A stretch of 64,000 nucleotides of DNA from Harriotta raleighana. Taxonomy: Eukaryota. The notes below the pieces were generated by a model. It was not told where the DNA came from. It saw only the letters and a list, made by a program, of their open reading frames with translations, and ran no database searches. The stretch is taken from assembly GCA_050575255.1 (NCBI GenBank), contig JBNZDD010013567.1, forward strand, positions 590,842 to 654,841, given 5' to 3'. The position numbers and the translations under genes are program-made. Below, piece after piece: positions 13,252 through 25,360 of the stretch. Numbering within the stretch: position 1 is the first letter of the stretch; every line of letters begins with the position of its first letter.

Positions 13252-13704
13252 CGGTAAAAGCCCGTTTATCCATGACCCATTATCAACCGTAACTTCCGAA
13301 TAACCGGCACCTCCCAATACAATTCCGCATTCAAATAACTGGATCTCATCCGGCACACTCGTGGTGGTGCATTTAATGAGTTGATTGTCGCACGACAGTA
13401 CAGTACGAGTAGTTCTGAATGCCGCTGGTAGTGCCTTAAAGTGGCGCTACATTTTTTTCCCTTGCATCGTGTCCGCCTTTGTAGAAATTATCGATAGACT
13501 GTACACCTGTACCCCAGCATCATGGGTTCAAACCAGGCATCTTACCAGCAAAGGTGAGAAGAGGAAGAGAGTAGTGTTAACAATAAACCAGAAGATAGAC
13601 ATCTGCAGAAGGCTAGAAAAAGGAGAAAATATCCGAATATCCAGCATGTCATTTAACTGACATTGGCCAGGTCTCGAGGGTGCCGGATAAACAGGCTTTT
13701 ACTG
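13252..13704 (+). mobile_element. Internally deleted Tigger/pogo DNA transposon retaining the 5' end of a Jerky/CENP-B-like transposase gene
   Basis: TA|CGGTAAAAGCCCGTTTATCC ... CCGGATAAACAGGCTTTTACTG|TA. 13550-13630 encodes [27 protein letters not shown] (CENP-B/psq-type HTH start). The ATG at 13522 is one base out of frame. Confidence 0.92.
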
Positions 13705-13799
13705 TACCAAAGGATTGCATTGTGCCATTTTGTAGCTTGGATGTTTTGCTCACTATTGGACCATTCAATGTGTACTTTCAATGCACGCAAAACTGAAAC

Positions 13800-13946
13800 T
13801 TTAACACTACGGTCTTGAGGCTTAATGGAACTGGGTCAAAGTGGCTTTTACATAAGAGTGGCCTCTGAGTCAAGTATTTGTTGGATCGCGAATCAGGCTG
13901 TTCCAAGTTGGTTAACAGATGGTGGTTGTTTGAACAGGTTTGACTA
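13800..13946. mobile_element. Decayed copy of the 52955-53129 MITE family
   Basis: Shares caaagtggc...gagtggcctc.gagt and ggtggtt...tgaac.ggtttgac with 52955-53129. The left end is unclear. Confidence 0.5.
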
Positions 13947-15487
13947 GTAAGTGATACTAGCTTAATCAGTCCATAGTTATTTACCTCCCGTTGGCGGAGC
14001 AAACGCATTGCTTTTCTTGTCTTACAAAATATACAATCAATTCACTTTACAGTATATTGTGGGAAGTGCTTTTGAGACCTCTTGATAATGTGATAAGGCG
14101 CAAAATCAAATATAAGGATTATTATCATTAAAGTTACTAATTACTGTTGTTTAGCCTTTCCCATATTTGATGGTAATCACATTATGGACACCTGCCATGA
14201 GCACTATTCTTCTTCCAGTGGAACTCTTGACTTGAGTGTTTTTAAAAAAGGAAAGAAACTAGCTGTTTCTATTTCAGTGAACAGTGTGGCATATTACCCA
14301 CAGAGGAGTGCACAGACACCATTCAAATGCTTTGAAAAAGAAGATGATTTGTGATGAATTGTCTTTTTACACAACAGACCATTGACTTATTTGAATCATT
14401 CTGATGCGCTTAAATTATATGCCAGCACCAATACATTTCTAATTCAGCAAATGTAAGATAGTGATGAGCTGGTAGATGAGAGTGCAGCCACATGACTGCA
14501 GTGACTACATGTATTTTGATGGTTTGCAAATCTTGCCATTTCCAAAGGGTGGTTTTATATTTTTTTTGTTGCTGATAACTGTTCTATCTCCTATCTTGGT
14601 ATGTACTTGATTAGAACATTTAACAGTATTGAGTGAGGAGTTACTTTTTTTCCCACCAAGGATAACAACAGAACACAGGCCAAACCATTGTTGATGACCG
14701 TTCAGTTATGATTTAAGGTCGTTCCTGTTATTTCATATACTAAATGTGTCTGAATTTTGACTCTGTGTGTCAGGCGTTCAATTGCATCTGGAGCTAGGGG
14801 AGTTTAAAGAGGCTGTCATTTGAGCAATCCAATGGTAAGCCACCTGATTAAATTAAACCATGTACGACTGGCTACTGATGTGAATTAAGTTTTGATACAC
14901 AATCGGGTATTAATGGACTTTTGTATGAGTGGAACACTAGACATTAGATAGTATCTTCTTCAAGCTGGGACCATTTATTTAACCCACCCAATGAAAAGCA
15001 TTGCATTTGTTGACTTGTTCATAAGAAGCATGCCGCCATATCTGTTACATGGAACCCCTTGCTGGCTGTTCAGTGTTTGATCCAGCAAATCTGAATTGGA
15101 ATACCAGTATTCAGCATCCTTTGTGTTATTGTAAAAGATTTGTTTTTGGTAAATTTGTATTTTTTTAAAAATTATGCACGTGCCTAGGTCTCATAATTCC
15201 TAATGTTTTTAAAGTACCAGATTATTTTCAGGTCAAAGCCTAACATTCTCCAACAGCACATTTCTCAGAGTCTTCTTATCGAATGAACGTTTCCAGTGCT
15301 GAGGGTGTTGGCTCATGGATTCGGACAGAGGCAATTATGCCAGTTTCAGGCAGGTATTGACTGAATTGGAAGCAAAAAGGGGTGAAGAGAATCTCATTGC
15401 AAACAGTAAGGACAAGATTAACATGTCAATCCTACCCATGTCTGGCTTTATATGCAATAAAAAAATTTTAGAATACAGAACCTCAGA

Positions 15488-15620
15488 ACTTGTCTGACGA
15501 AGGGTCGTGAACCCGAAACGTTGACTCATTTTCCTCTTTATAGATGCTGCCTGAGTGTTCTCAGCAATTTCTGTTTTTGTTTCAGACGTCCAGCATCTGC
15601 AGTATTTAGCGTTTTGTTCT
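15488..15620 (+). mobile_element. Penelope-like terminal repeat fragment with minimal hammerhead-ribozyme core
   Basis: CTGACGA-A-GGGT-cgtga-ACCC-GAAA-CG-TT at 15494-15522, followed by gatgctgcctga...ccagcatctgcagtattt; homologous to 47598-47810. Confidence 0.6.
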
Positions 15621-16270
15621 GGCTTTATCTGACCGCCTTCTAAATACACACTCTATTCATAGGCATTTTATGAACAAATGTCCCCCTCACAAATCTTGCT
15701 AACCCTGTAGTGATGCTTGATTTCGTTTATTGGCTGAATTGGAATCAAAAAGTAGAAGGGGGATTCCCAATGCAAACAGTAATGAAAAGATTATTTTTAG
15801 CAATCCACACGTGATAGACCTTAAAATCTCAATATTAGTCTTGAGTGGAGTCATTTAGGGATTGGCTGTTTTCTACTCCCCATGTCTGGCTATTGCAACA
15901 CTATTAACAAAACCTATAACAAGTCAGATTGATAAAATCGTTCCTATTTCATTTCTGTTTATGTTACCTGTGTTAATTCCACTGCCACTACATTAAAACC
16001 CATGTTTCATGGAAATGACATTCTGTATCCTTGAACTTATTTTAAACGCAAAGTTGCTTATAGTGTCAGCCTGCCCAAACGTCATCAAAGGATAAATTAA
16101 TTAGACCTGCACTGCCTCCAGCAATCAGCAACATTAATTCCTCCAAACCCCGCAAGTTCAATGGATATAACACAAAATCTGCAACAGAGTCACTTTTTTC
16201 TTAATTTAATTTACGATTGCAAATCCATGTGAGAACCAGAGTGTCACCAGTAAGTGGGGGATTGTGACAG

Positions 16271-16624
16271 TTCCCCATCAGCCTGCCCGTACCCTCCATT
16301 CAGCAGACTCAGGCCTGCTCCGCATCCACCGCCCTAACTGCCCAACCATCGGTGGACGGGCTTTCAGCCTCCATCCCTCACACTTTGGAACTCCATCCCG
16401 CAGTCTCTCCGCCTTGCATTCTCCCTTTCCTTCTTCAAGGCCGGTCTCAAGACCTTCCTCTTCGATCGCGTCTTCGCCCCCCCAACTCTTCCCTCTCGCC
16501 CACTTTCCTTTCCCCTCCCATTCTCTTTCCCCCTCCTGTTCGAGTCCCGACCTGACTGTTCAGGGCTTTGGGACATCCTCCTGATGTGAAAAGCGCTATA
16601 CAAATGTAATTTTGTTGTTGTTGT
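16271..16624 (+). mobile_element. L2-clade LINE 3' end (ORF2 C-terminus, 3' UTR and tail)
   Basis: Peptide PHQPARTLHSADSGLLRIHRPNCPTIGGRAFS fits the L2 motif P.R.LRS....LL......G.RAFS; ends in (TTG)n. Confidence 0.85.
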
Positions 16625-19218
16625 ATAACTTAAGGTCTTTCCCTGTTGTTTGATGTCTGCCTTCGTCTCTGTGAGTCGGGTATTTATCTTGTCAGCCTGC
16701 TTGTGACGTAAATTTTATCGTCTCCTTAATGTAATATGCTTGCATAAAGAAACAAAAAAAAACACTGCATTGCTTGAATTGTAGCTGTGCTATCAGTTTG
16801 CCGTAACTCTGGAGGCATTCCTTAGTAGATGCACACCAGAGTTGAAATATAATGAATAAATATAACTTCAAATATAACTAATCATGAACTCTTGAACACA
16901 TAAGTCATTTCCAACAGGATCAATTGAACAGTCAAATTTTGTTGTGCTAAAGGTGTGATTCCACCAAAGAATGGAATATCTGTGCTAGGGAGCCAAGTCA
17001 GGGCGATAAATACCCCTTAAGGTACGATTACATATTCAACAGACATTGTGGAATCCATCCAGCAATCCAGTTAGCGTTAAACATCAACAAATCTAAAGAA
17101 CAAATGTATTCCGACAGCAGAGGCAATTATCCAGATTCTCACTTGACGTTTCAACAGCAAAACGGCATGGTATCTTTAATCGATAATAATCTTTCTCTCC
17201 CCACCTTCAAACTCTTCCTCCCCATTCCCACAAAAAAAAGTATTTGATTAGTAATATTCAATTAATCGCTTGCGATTTGACCATGAGAGAGAGCAATTGT
17301 TGATTAATTGTATTGGATATTTTAAATGCATATTCTTTTCTATTTTTGGTGCCAGTATTTGCTATTTGTTTGATCTTAAACATGACTCTGGCATTTTTCC
17401 GAAAATAATAATGAACACAAAGCAATATGCTTCAGAAAAGAAATGTAAATTTTATTTAATTTTTGAATTTGAAATATTGGAATTGCATGATTTGAATTTC
17501 ATTGAAGTTTTTTGTTCCTCTGCTGCATACATTGCGTCATGTCAGTCAAAATAGTTATCTCGGATAGAGAGATATTTCATACTTCCATTTCAGTGAGCAA
17601 ACTAAGTGGTTAGGAGTAAATGTCTTTAAAATATATGAAATGCAGTATAACTTTAATGGACTTTTCAGCAAAATTTAGGGGTAATTAGCTTTCAAATCAA
17701 TTTACACGCAGTATATAATTGGATACAAATCTAGAAGACGTTCCTAATCTAAAGAAACTTGGTATTGCAAATGCCAACATGCTAATTTCTTGTGTGTAAT
17801 CTAAATCTGGTTTCTGTGAGCTGTTGCTTGATGTGTGGTTTAGGTGGTAACGTCTTTGGTGCTGTTTCTTATGGCATTGAATCTAGTTCACTGTTTCTAA
17901 ATGTCCTGCTACATGGAATCACTTTAGATTAATGTTAGAATTACTCAAATTGACGCTGTGGGTTTTCCAAATTTGGTTGTGTTATATTTTATTTTATGTT
18001 ATTTAACTTCTCCCAATTTTCATGCAGTGGAAGAGCAAGGTCTTGAGATGGTGCTTGAAGGAAGCAAGGCAGAGGGCAAAGCAAAGGCACTTTGGATTCA
18101 CAAATCCATTATTAAATCCTATGAGATGAGGCAGGGAATTTGACTCTGGCAGGCAGGATAGGCTAGCAGTAAGTCGATAGGGTTAGCCTTATATAAGGTA
18201 AATGCCACTAGGGTTACGTTTCATGTGTTATACTTGACCAGGCCCAATTTACCCTCCACAATAAATAATAATCCTTGCATTTGATATACCACCTTATCGT
18301 GTTGAGACGTCTCAAAGTGCTTCGCAGAATTTACTGTAACGTAAATTGACCGTATATTTTGTGGCAGGCAGTTAATTGCACATAACAGTGTTTCACAAAC
18401 ATGGGATTGAGGCCAGAAAATGCATCACAAACTGTTATTTAAACCTATACACTGCCTTGCCTGTCTGTGAACTGCAGCTCTGTCCGTTACACTGCACCAT
18501 TAAATCTCCTACATCTTTATTTTTTGAGTGTGAGATGAACTGAGTATATAATTTTCTCTGGGTTATTAAAACATTTTGATTTCCCCAGCATGCAGTGGTA
18601 GTCGTCCTGGCTGTCGCCAAAGGTTGCACGGAGGAGGGAGAGGTGTCATAGATTCCTTAGATGCATATCAGTTTTATCAACTGTTGTCATCTACAATGGG
18701 ATGACGGCATTATATACTGCAGACGGAGCTGGTTGTTGAAAACATGCAAAAATGATACTGTCATGGTATCTCAAAGGTCTAATCAAACTCTGTGTAGAAG
18801 TGAATGTGAGAGATTGCCCTTTAGTATCAAAGTAGCTGAGGGTGAGTTTGAGATGCAATTGATTGATAATTTTGAAATGACAAAGTCCAAGAAATCTGTT
18901 TTGTTGGCAGTTGGTGCTAAGCCTTTCTTGGTGCTAAGCTTTCTTTCCTGTGTAGGTGATAATGGGGTGGGGTGTGGGTTGACACCTTCTGTGGAAATTG
19001 TTTGTAAAGGTAATATTGTTTTTCTGTAATGTTAAAATTTAACTCCACATAAATCTAAAATTTGGTACTGATTCCATTTTGTGATGCGCATAGGTCTCTT
19101 TTATATAAATGGAATGAAACCACCAAGGGGAATCTGTCCATATTCTCATTATTGAATTGGTAAAAAGCCTTGACCAAATAAGGCGCCACATTTATCATTT
19201 ACAAACAAGACCAAGAGG

Positions 19219-19279
19219 CTTACTGGCTTGTTACGCAGTAAGTGTTGGCTCCTTACTGGCTTGTTACGCAGTAAGTGTT
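19219..19279. repeat. Perfect 28-bp direct repeat (2 copies, 5-bp spacer)
   Basis: CTTACTGGCTTGTTACGCAGTAAGTGTT at 19219-19246 and 19252-19279. Confidence 0.95.
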
Positions 19280-19344
19280 ACGGAAGTTTTGTGATTGAAA
19301 TTATTCTGTTTTCCTCAGTGGTACAGCAACTGCAATTCCTAATA

Positions 19345-20072
19345 CAGTAAAACTTTGTTTATCCGTGACTCGAATAATCGGAAAACCCATTCAACTGCCA
19401 TCTCAAAAAAAAGTCCTGATTCGATTAACCGGAAGTTATCCGGCGTTTAATGTCGGGTCTAAACTCGTCTGGGTCCTTTTAATAGTCGTGGTTTTTTTAT
19501 ACCTCTTTCGCATGAGTTGGAGCATGGGCTCCAAAGGGGGCATGTCTCTCTCTCTCCCCCCCCCCCGCAATCACAGGCTCTCTCTCTCAGTCTCTCTCTC
19601 TCCCTCAGTCACAGTCTCTCTCTCTCTCTCTCTCTCTCTCCCAATCACAGTCTCTCTCTCTCAGTCTTTCTCTCTGAGGCTGAGATGGGGGAAAGCATAA
19701 TGGAGCGAGAGAGAGAAATGGCAGGCAGGTTGATGCAGAGAGAGAGAGAGAGGGAGGGAGAGAGAGGAAATATCTTTGAGGGTCTGTGTGTGTGCGTATG
19801 TGTATGCTGGTCGTTAGGTCTAAACTCGTTTTTTAAAATCGCGTTTTGTTTTACCTCCATTGAATCAGTGCAGCGATTGCGAAGTTAATCATAAATAATA
19901 ATGTACTAATAGAATATTCTGTTATTATTTAATCTATTATTAATATGGTTTGTGTTAAAATAATTTTTAATTAAAAAAATATATATATTTTTTAAATATC
20001 CGTTCAACCGGAAAAACCGTTTAACCGCCACTGGCCAGGGCCCGTGGATGCTGGATAAACAGGGTTTTACTG
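19345..20072 (+). mobile_element. Tigger/pogo-type MITE, copy C (inverted relative to copies A and B)
   Basis: TA|CAGTAAAACTTTGTTTATCCGTGACTCG ... GCTGGATAAACAGGGTTTTACTG|TA; reverse complement aligns with 10900-11679; internal CT and GA microsatellites. Confidence 0.92.
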
Positions 20073-20926
20073 TATGTGTTTCTCAATGTATCACATCTGA
20101 CTAAGGATAACTGATGTATTTTCTTCTCCTAACTCTCCTGCCTTAAACATTAGTTGTTTTGTGAAGAAGTGCCTGGTCCCATTTGGCACTGACACTCTTT
20201 TAAGAACAGAAACTTGGCTGTAAGTGTGGAATATTGGACATGTATTATTTGGTGCGTTTGAGCTGAATGTGGTAATCTTGAATCACCTTGATTTCCATGA
20301 TGACAAAATGCACCTGTTGAAACAGTTACTTTATCAAAAAACCACATAGGACAGACAAATTAAACAGTACATTTCCCAGTATCCCTCTCAGCAGTTCTGC
20401 AATTGGTTTTTACTTCAGATTCTACACTTTACTGAGGTAATGTACAGTTTAAAGGCATCAATCATACAGATTTGATAATTAAATATTTTCAGGTATAAAT
20501 TTGCTGTGGACAAGGTGGCTTGCCGTGTTTGCAGACAAAATACACAGTCACCACATTTTGCAGTGAAATTCTGGCAAGTGCTTTCAGATGACCATGAAAG
20601 GTTTCAGATCAAATGTAAGGATTATTATAAATGATCAAATTCAGGTGATCAATTTTGTGAAGTTGAGACACAACTGGCCTGTAAGTTTTAAACACAAAAA
20701 CTCAGTTCTATCCATTTTAAGACTTTATTATGAAAGCGTTTCTCTCGCAGAATTATGGATAGGGTTGTAAGTAGATTTGTAGTTTTTATTCCACGGAAGC
20801 AATCTGGTACACAGATTTCTTTGATGAAGCAGGTGGGACGGAAGTGCTTTTGATCTCTACGCAATATTTGATTATTTAGAAAAGCAAAGTTTGGTAATTT
20901 ACTGGTGCGCTGTCTTTTGCTTAAAG

Positions 20927-21052
20927 GTTCCATTGACGAAATGGAGGAAGGTGAGGAGAATGTCACTGATAACAGCATGTCCGAAAAAGCAGGTGTTTCA
21001 AACCAGGATGACTCAACAGACTGTAATACTTCCAACTCTTTTCACAGTGAAG
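20927..21052 (+). CDS. zfpm1: Zinc finger protein ZFPM1/FOG1, coding exon 2 equivalent (126 nt, phase 1-1)
   Basis: Acceptor tgtcttttgcttaaag| and donor GAAG|gtaatt. Encodes (R)SIDEMEEGEENVTDNSMSEKAGVSNQDDSTDCNTSNSFHSE, resembling the FOG1 exon 2 start RSLGDME, and splices in frame to 27521. Confidence 0.88.
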
Positions 21053-22440
21053 GTAATTTGACATTCATCTTCATCATTGATTTTACTGTCCTAACAACTA
21101 TATGTTTGTAACAGTAGAAAAATATAGAATTCCAAATTTATAAATTGTGTTCCAACCCTTCAAGGGTGAAGTTAATATTCTTAAAATAATTATTTTTTGG
21201 TGGAACCAGATGTTTTTTTCCCAGTTCCCCTCTCGACACTATTGTCCTAGTGTTTGGATGATAATGCACTAAATTATAATAATAATAATCCTTGCATTTG
21301 ATATAGCGCTTTTCACATCTTATCGACGTCCCAAAGCGCTTCACAGAATATACTTGTCTAGATCTTAAGCTGTAAATCACATTTCTTAAACTTGGTATTA
21401 TAATTTATCTGTCTTAATGCAAAATCATTCTGTTGCAAATACAACAATCTATGCAGTGTGTAAACTAATTTCTGAGTTTCACCCACAAAATATCTAGTCA
21501 CTCCACTTTATAATATATCCTGTGAAGCGCTTTGAGAGAACTACATGATAACGGTTCATATCAAATACAAGAATAACTATAATTGTTATTATTATTGAAA
21601 GGAAACCTGTTTGGTTAGTGGTGATGGGTACCAAAACACTTTTCTGACCAATCATGGTGTGCACATTGTGTGACTTTATAATGTAAATATTGTACCCTGA
21701 TCGTAAAGGGCATTCACTCTTATTTAACATAATCAGGACAAACAATATGCAAGTGATGAGAATTGTGGATAGCATTAATAGGCAGAGTCGAATGATTTGC
21801 ATTCATGATGGTGGGGGAGTGAAAACATGGGATTGGAAAACTTATTTAATGTAACTCTTAACGTCTATAAACTTGATAAATAAAGCATGTGAGGAATTTG
21901 TAACTGTAAATCATTCATTTTAACTGTTGTAAATGAATCTAGTCGGGGCAGGGTTGAAAAGTGCCTTTTTTTAAAAGAAAATTTCACTTCAAAAGACTCA
22001 CTTATAGTATTTACACTTCATAGGATACAGCACAACTATTCTTCAGTCAATCCATTTTCAGGTTGATTGCCCATGTCATGATTTAGTAATTTATGAATTC
22101 GATAGCTACACTCAACACTTTTTTGTTGCCTTATCATTGGAGCACTTGATGTATTGAACATAAGGGCTTGCTGATCAGTAAATCCATCAGATGTACCATA
22201 TTTAAAGTCATGTTGCAATCATTTCAAATTGAATTGTGGTGTCTGTAGTATTTTCTTTTGTGCTTGAGTAAACTATCACAAAACAATCAATTGATACATG
22301 TACTGTACTTTGAGAAGTGTGAAGAGCAAGGATTCGATCAGGTGCTTTTATACTTCGAGTGATTTTTAACTCTTCAAATATTCTCATTAAAATTTGTGTC
22401 ATCTCAAAATGCACATGACTAGATTTTAAATTTCTTCTAT

Positions 22441-22761
22441 AATGGGGGTTGATAGTTTTCCTCTGTTGGGTGGGTCATTAACCAGAGGACATAGATTTAA
22501 GATAATTGGCAAAAGAGCCAAAGGAGAGATGAGGAGGAATTTTATCTACCAAGAGAGTTGTTACAATATGGAATGCACTGCCTGAAAAAATGTTGGAAGA
22601 AAATTGGGTAGTAAGTAGCTTTCAAAAGCAAATTGGATATGTACTTCAAAAGGAAACAAATTGTAGGGTTATGGAGTTAGAATGGGAAAGTAGAACTATA
22701 GCTCTTTCAAAGACCTGGCACAGGTAGGATATACCGAATGGCCTCCATCTGTAAGATTCTA
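22441..22761 (+). mobile_element. CR1-clade LINE 3' end
   Basis: accagaggacatagatttaagata (TRGHRFKI) ... aggaggaatttt (RRNF) ... agagttgttacaatatggaatgcactgcct (RVVTIWNALP); 3' UTR ccgaatggcctcc...gattcta. Confidence 0.85.
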
Positions 22762-24899
22762 CAATGGGTCTTAAAACACATGGTTTCTGTTTATGAGTTC
22801 AGGTGTTGTGCAATAATGATAAGCATTTTGACGTTGTACCATTCAGCTTAGCACTTGTTTGTGTGAATTCTACCAAGTTGTTTTTCATTTTTGAAATGCT
22901 TTGGAAAAATGTCAGGTGTTAATCTCGTGGCAAGAGCAGATATAGTCATAAGTAATGGAACTTTTTTATAGATTTTTTTGAAGGGTGGGTGGAACCAAGA
23001 GTAATTGATGTGATTCCTATCAACTCATCAATAATACCTAATTCCTCCGACCCCCCCGCCCACTACTTTCCCTCCCTGTTACCCACCACCCTCCCCCTGA
23101 GATATTAATATTGTTCTTATCAAAGTTCCTCTCAGAATAAAAATCTTTTAGACCAACATCTGCAAACTGAAAAACTAGTAATCACTTGATCATCTTAATG
23201 ATAAACAACGGTCTGGTATAGTGGGGAAAAAAGTTATTGATTCACTTCCTTATGATGTTGTTTCCTGAATCGGCGTTTGAAGAACTGCTTTGCACAATGT
23301 TCAAAGGACATCCAGAAGTCGGTTAGAAACCTCTGATTTGTCCATTTTGTCTGTTTTTGAACAGTGCAAAGAATAGGTGCTGTTTCTTTTAAAAACAAAC
23401 AATCTTAAACTACAAGGCCAGTTATTAAATCTTGGATTTTCTGAGGATGGGTGAACAGCCAACCATACCTCTGGACTTCTGAAATTCAGTGTACTGATGT
23501 TCAGGTCGGCTCCCACAGGCTGTGTTATTTAATGTATCCAATCTTAGTTACTGCTATCGTTGTCTTGAATTGTTTCCTTTTTTTCCAAATCAGGCCTTAA
23601 AATCAGGTTTGCAAATGATCCAGGAAATAAACCCAATCTCAATCTTGGACTTGGAAATCACCATGCGTGAGATTGATTGTTTTTTTTGGCTTCATATGAA
23701 TTCACTTCAAACTAAAAAAAAAAAAAAATCTTAAAAAAGGTTATTGTACTCTCCTGTGAATCCTTCATCTGTTTTGAGATAAATCACAAAATTGCTTTTA
23801 TTTGTCTTGTCATGATTCGCAGTTCCCATTGCGCATAAATTCTTTCCATATACTGATCTTTTGAATTTGTTTCCCCTCTCCTTCCTACTGGCTTCTACAG
23901 GTGTGCACCCTATTGCTCTTTCATTGAGAGTTTTATCTTTGAAACAAATCTCTTCTGCAACAAACTGATTCCATCATGTGAAGCTTTAGTCATGTCCTTG
24001 ACTGAGTGGAACAAATTTATTGGTGTTTCTTTGCTGTACTTGTTTTTCTATTAAAATTTTAAAACTATTCTGTACCACTGTAATGGGTTCAAAATGTCCT
24101 ACACCTTGCAATGAGATAAATCTTACAGTTAGACCTGACTGCTTAATACTCCTTTAGTATTCAATTTCATACTGAACCTAGAACCTAAATCTAAAAAGGT
24201 ACACTGGAGTTCACAACTAAACACATTGAGAAGATCAGACAGATTCAGATATAGGGTATGCCTTATTTTCAACTGTATTTATTCACTATCCATAATGCTT
24301 GTACTGTACTCTTGAAATGTATTCTGCAATTCAATACATATGTTATATTATGGTTTAGTGGTGAGCAGTTTTAGTAGTGGTTATCCACTTTTGTATTGAT
24401 GAAGGCAAGAAGTTGGGGAAAAGATTGGATTCAGCAACACAGTTGTGTTGTTGCCAGATCAGATTGGACTAAAGGGAATGTTTGTTGTGCCCATGAATGA
24501 AAGACGTCCGAGTGTGGAAATTCTGCTATCAATTTTAAAGCATCTAGCATCTTCTTTAAGAGATAGTGCAGTGTAAAAGTATTTCCTTCTCAGTAGACAT
24601 TCTCTCTCATTCTCGCACAGAAAATCTGTATTCCTATTTATGGTAGTAAATTGACTCCTAAAGAGTATCTTATATATTTGCGAGGAGTGGACGCGAAAGT
24701 GAAATGGACATCAAAGCATCATTTGTGGAATTTTGTAGTATTTTTCTGATGACAATAATAACATCAAAATTAGATTTGCATAAATACTCTGTTTTCCTTT
24801 CCAATTATACACCAAATTTTAGCAAAATATATTTGGAAATGCTCCAGAAAAGGCAGCTTGCTTTTACCAGACTTTGTACTCTGTATAAAAGGGAAGTGC

Positions 24900-25360
24900 A
24901 CCTTTATCAGATGTGAGCTTGGATAGGGTTGGGGTTAGGGAGTTTGGAAGCTGATAAGATTGCTACACCTGGTACAGGTTTGTTTCACAAAGTAGATAAC
25001 AATATTAGGGTGGGAGAGCTTTACTTTGTAATCCTTAAGTGTTTCCTAAAATTAGAAAGACAAAAACGTCATCCATTTCTATTTTTGCTATTACACCCTA
25101 TTGATAAAGGTTAAAAGCATTTCAATTTGTGTGATGCTAATCATTTTGTTATCCTTCCATATTGATAATCTAAAAGTTAATGACGCAACAGAATGTGTAT
25201 TTATGACCTTATTGATTTGAAAATGTTAGTTATCGCGGCTTCAATATAAAGACAAATATGCCCTTTGGGCGATAATCTATAGAACTGTCATATGCAAGTA
25301 ACCAGGTAATCTTATCAAATAAATCTGAGGGTCATAAATGGAGAAAATTATCTTTTATCA
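24900..25360. promoter_or_regulatory. Candidate intronic GATA-site cluster (enhancer)
   Basis: About ten GATAA/TTATC pentamers in 460 bp of non-repeat sequence. Motif evidence only. Confidence 0.4.

Noticed and set aside
19219-19279. CRISPR-like palindromic direct repeats
   Set aside because: Only two units, a 5-bp spacer, vertebrate intron context and no cas genes.
19365-19888. Long Ser/Leu- and Arg/Glu-rich ORFs
   Set aside because: They are translations of CT/GA microsatellites inside a MITE; the same applies to 11328-11621.
20419-20436. 18-nt microexon (ttcag|ATTCTACACTTTACTGAG|gtaatg)
   Set aside because: It has a TGA in the required phase and a short pyrimidine tract; such AG/GT pairs arise often by chance.
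1-20926. Canonical zfpm1 exon 1 (MSRRKQSNPRQIK) or a CpG-island promoter
   Set aside because: Not found by eye; the PRKQT peptide at 1745-1761 is only superficially similar and lacks an in-frame ATG (TAA at 1695).
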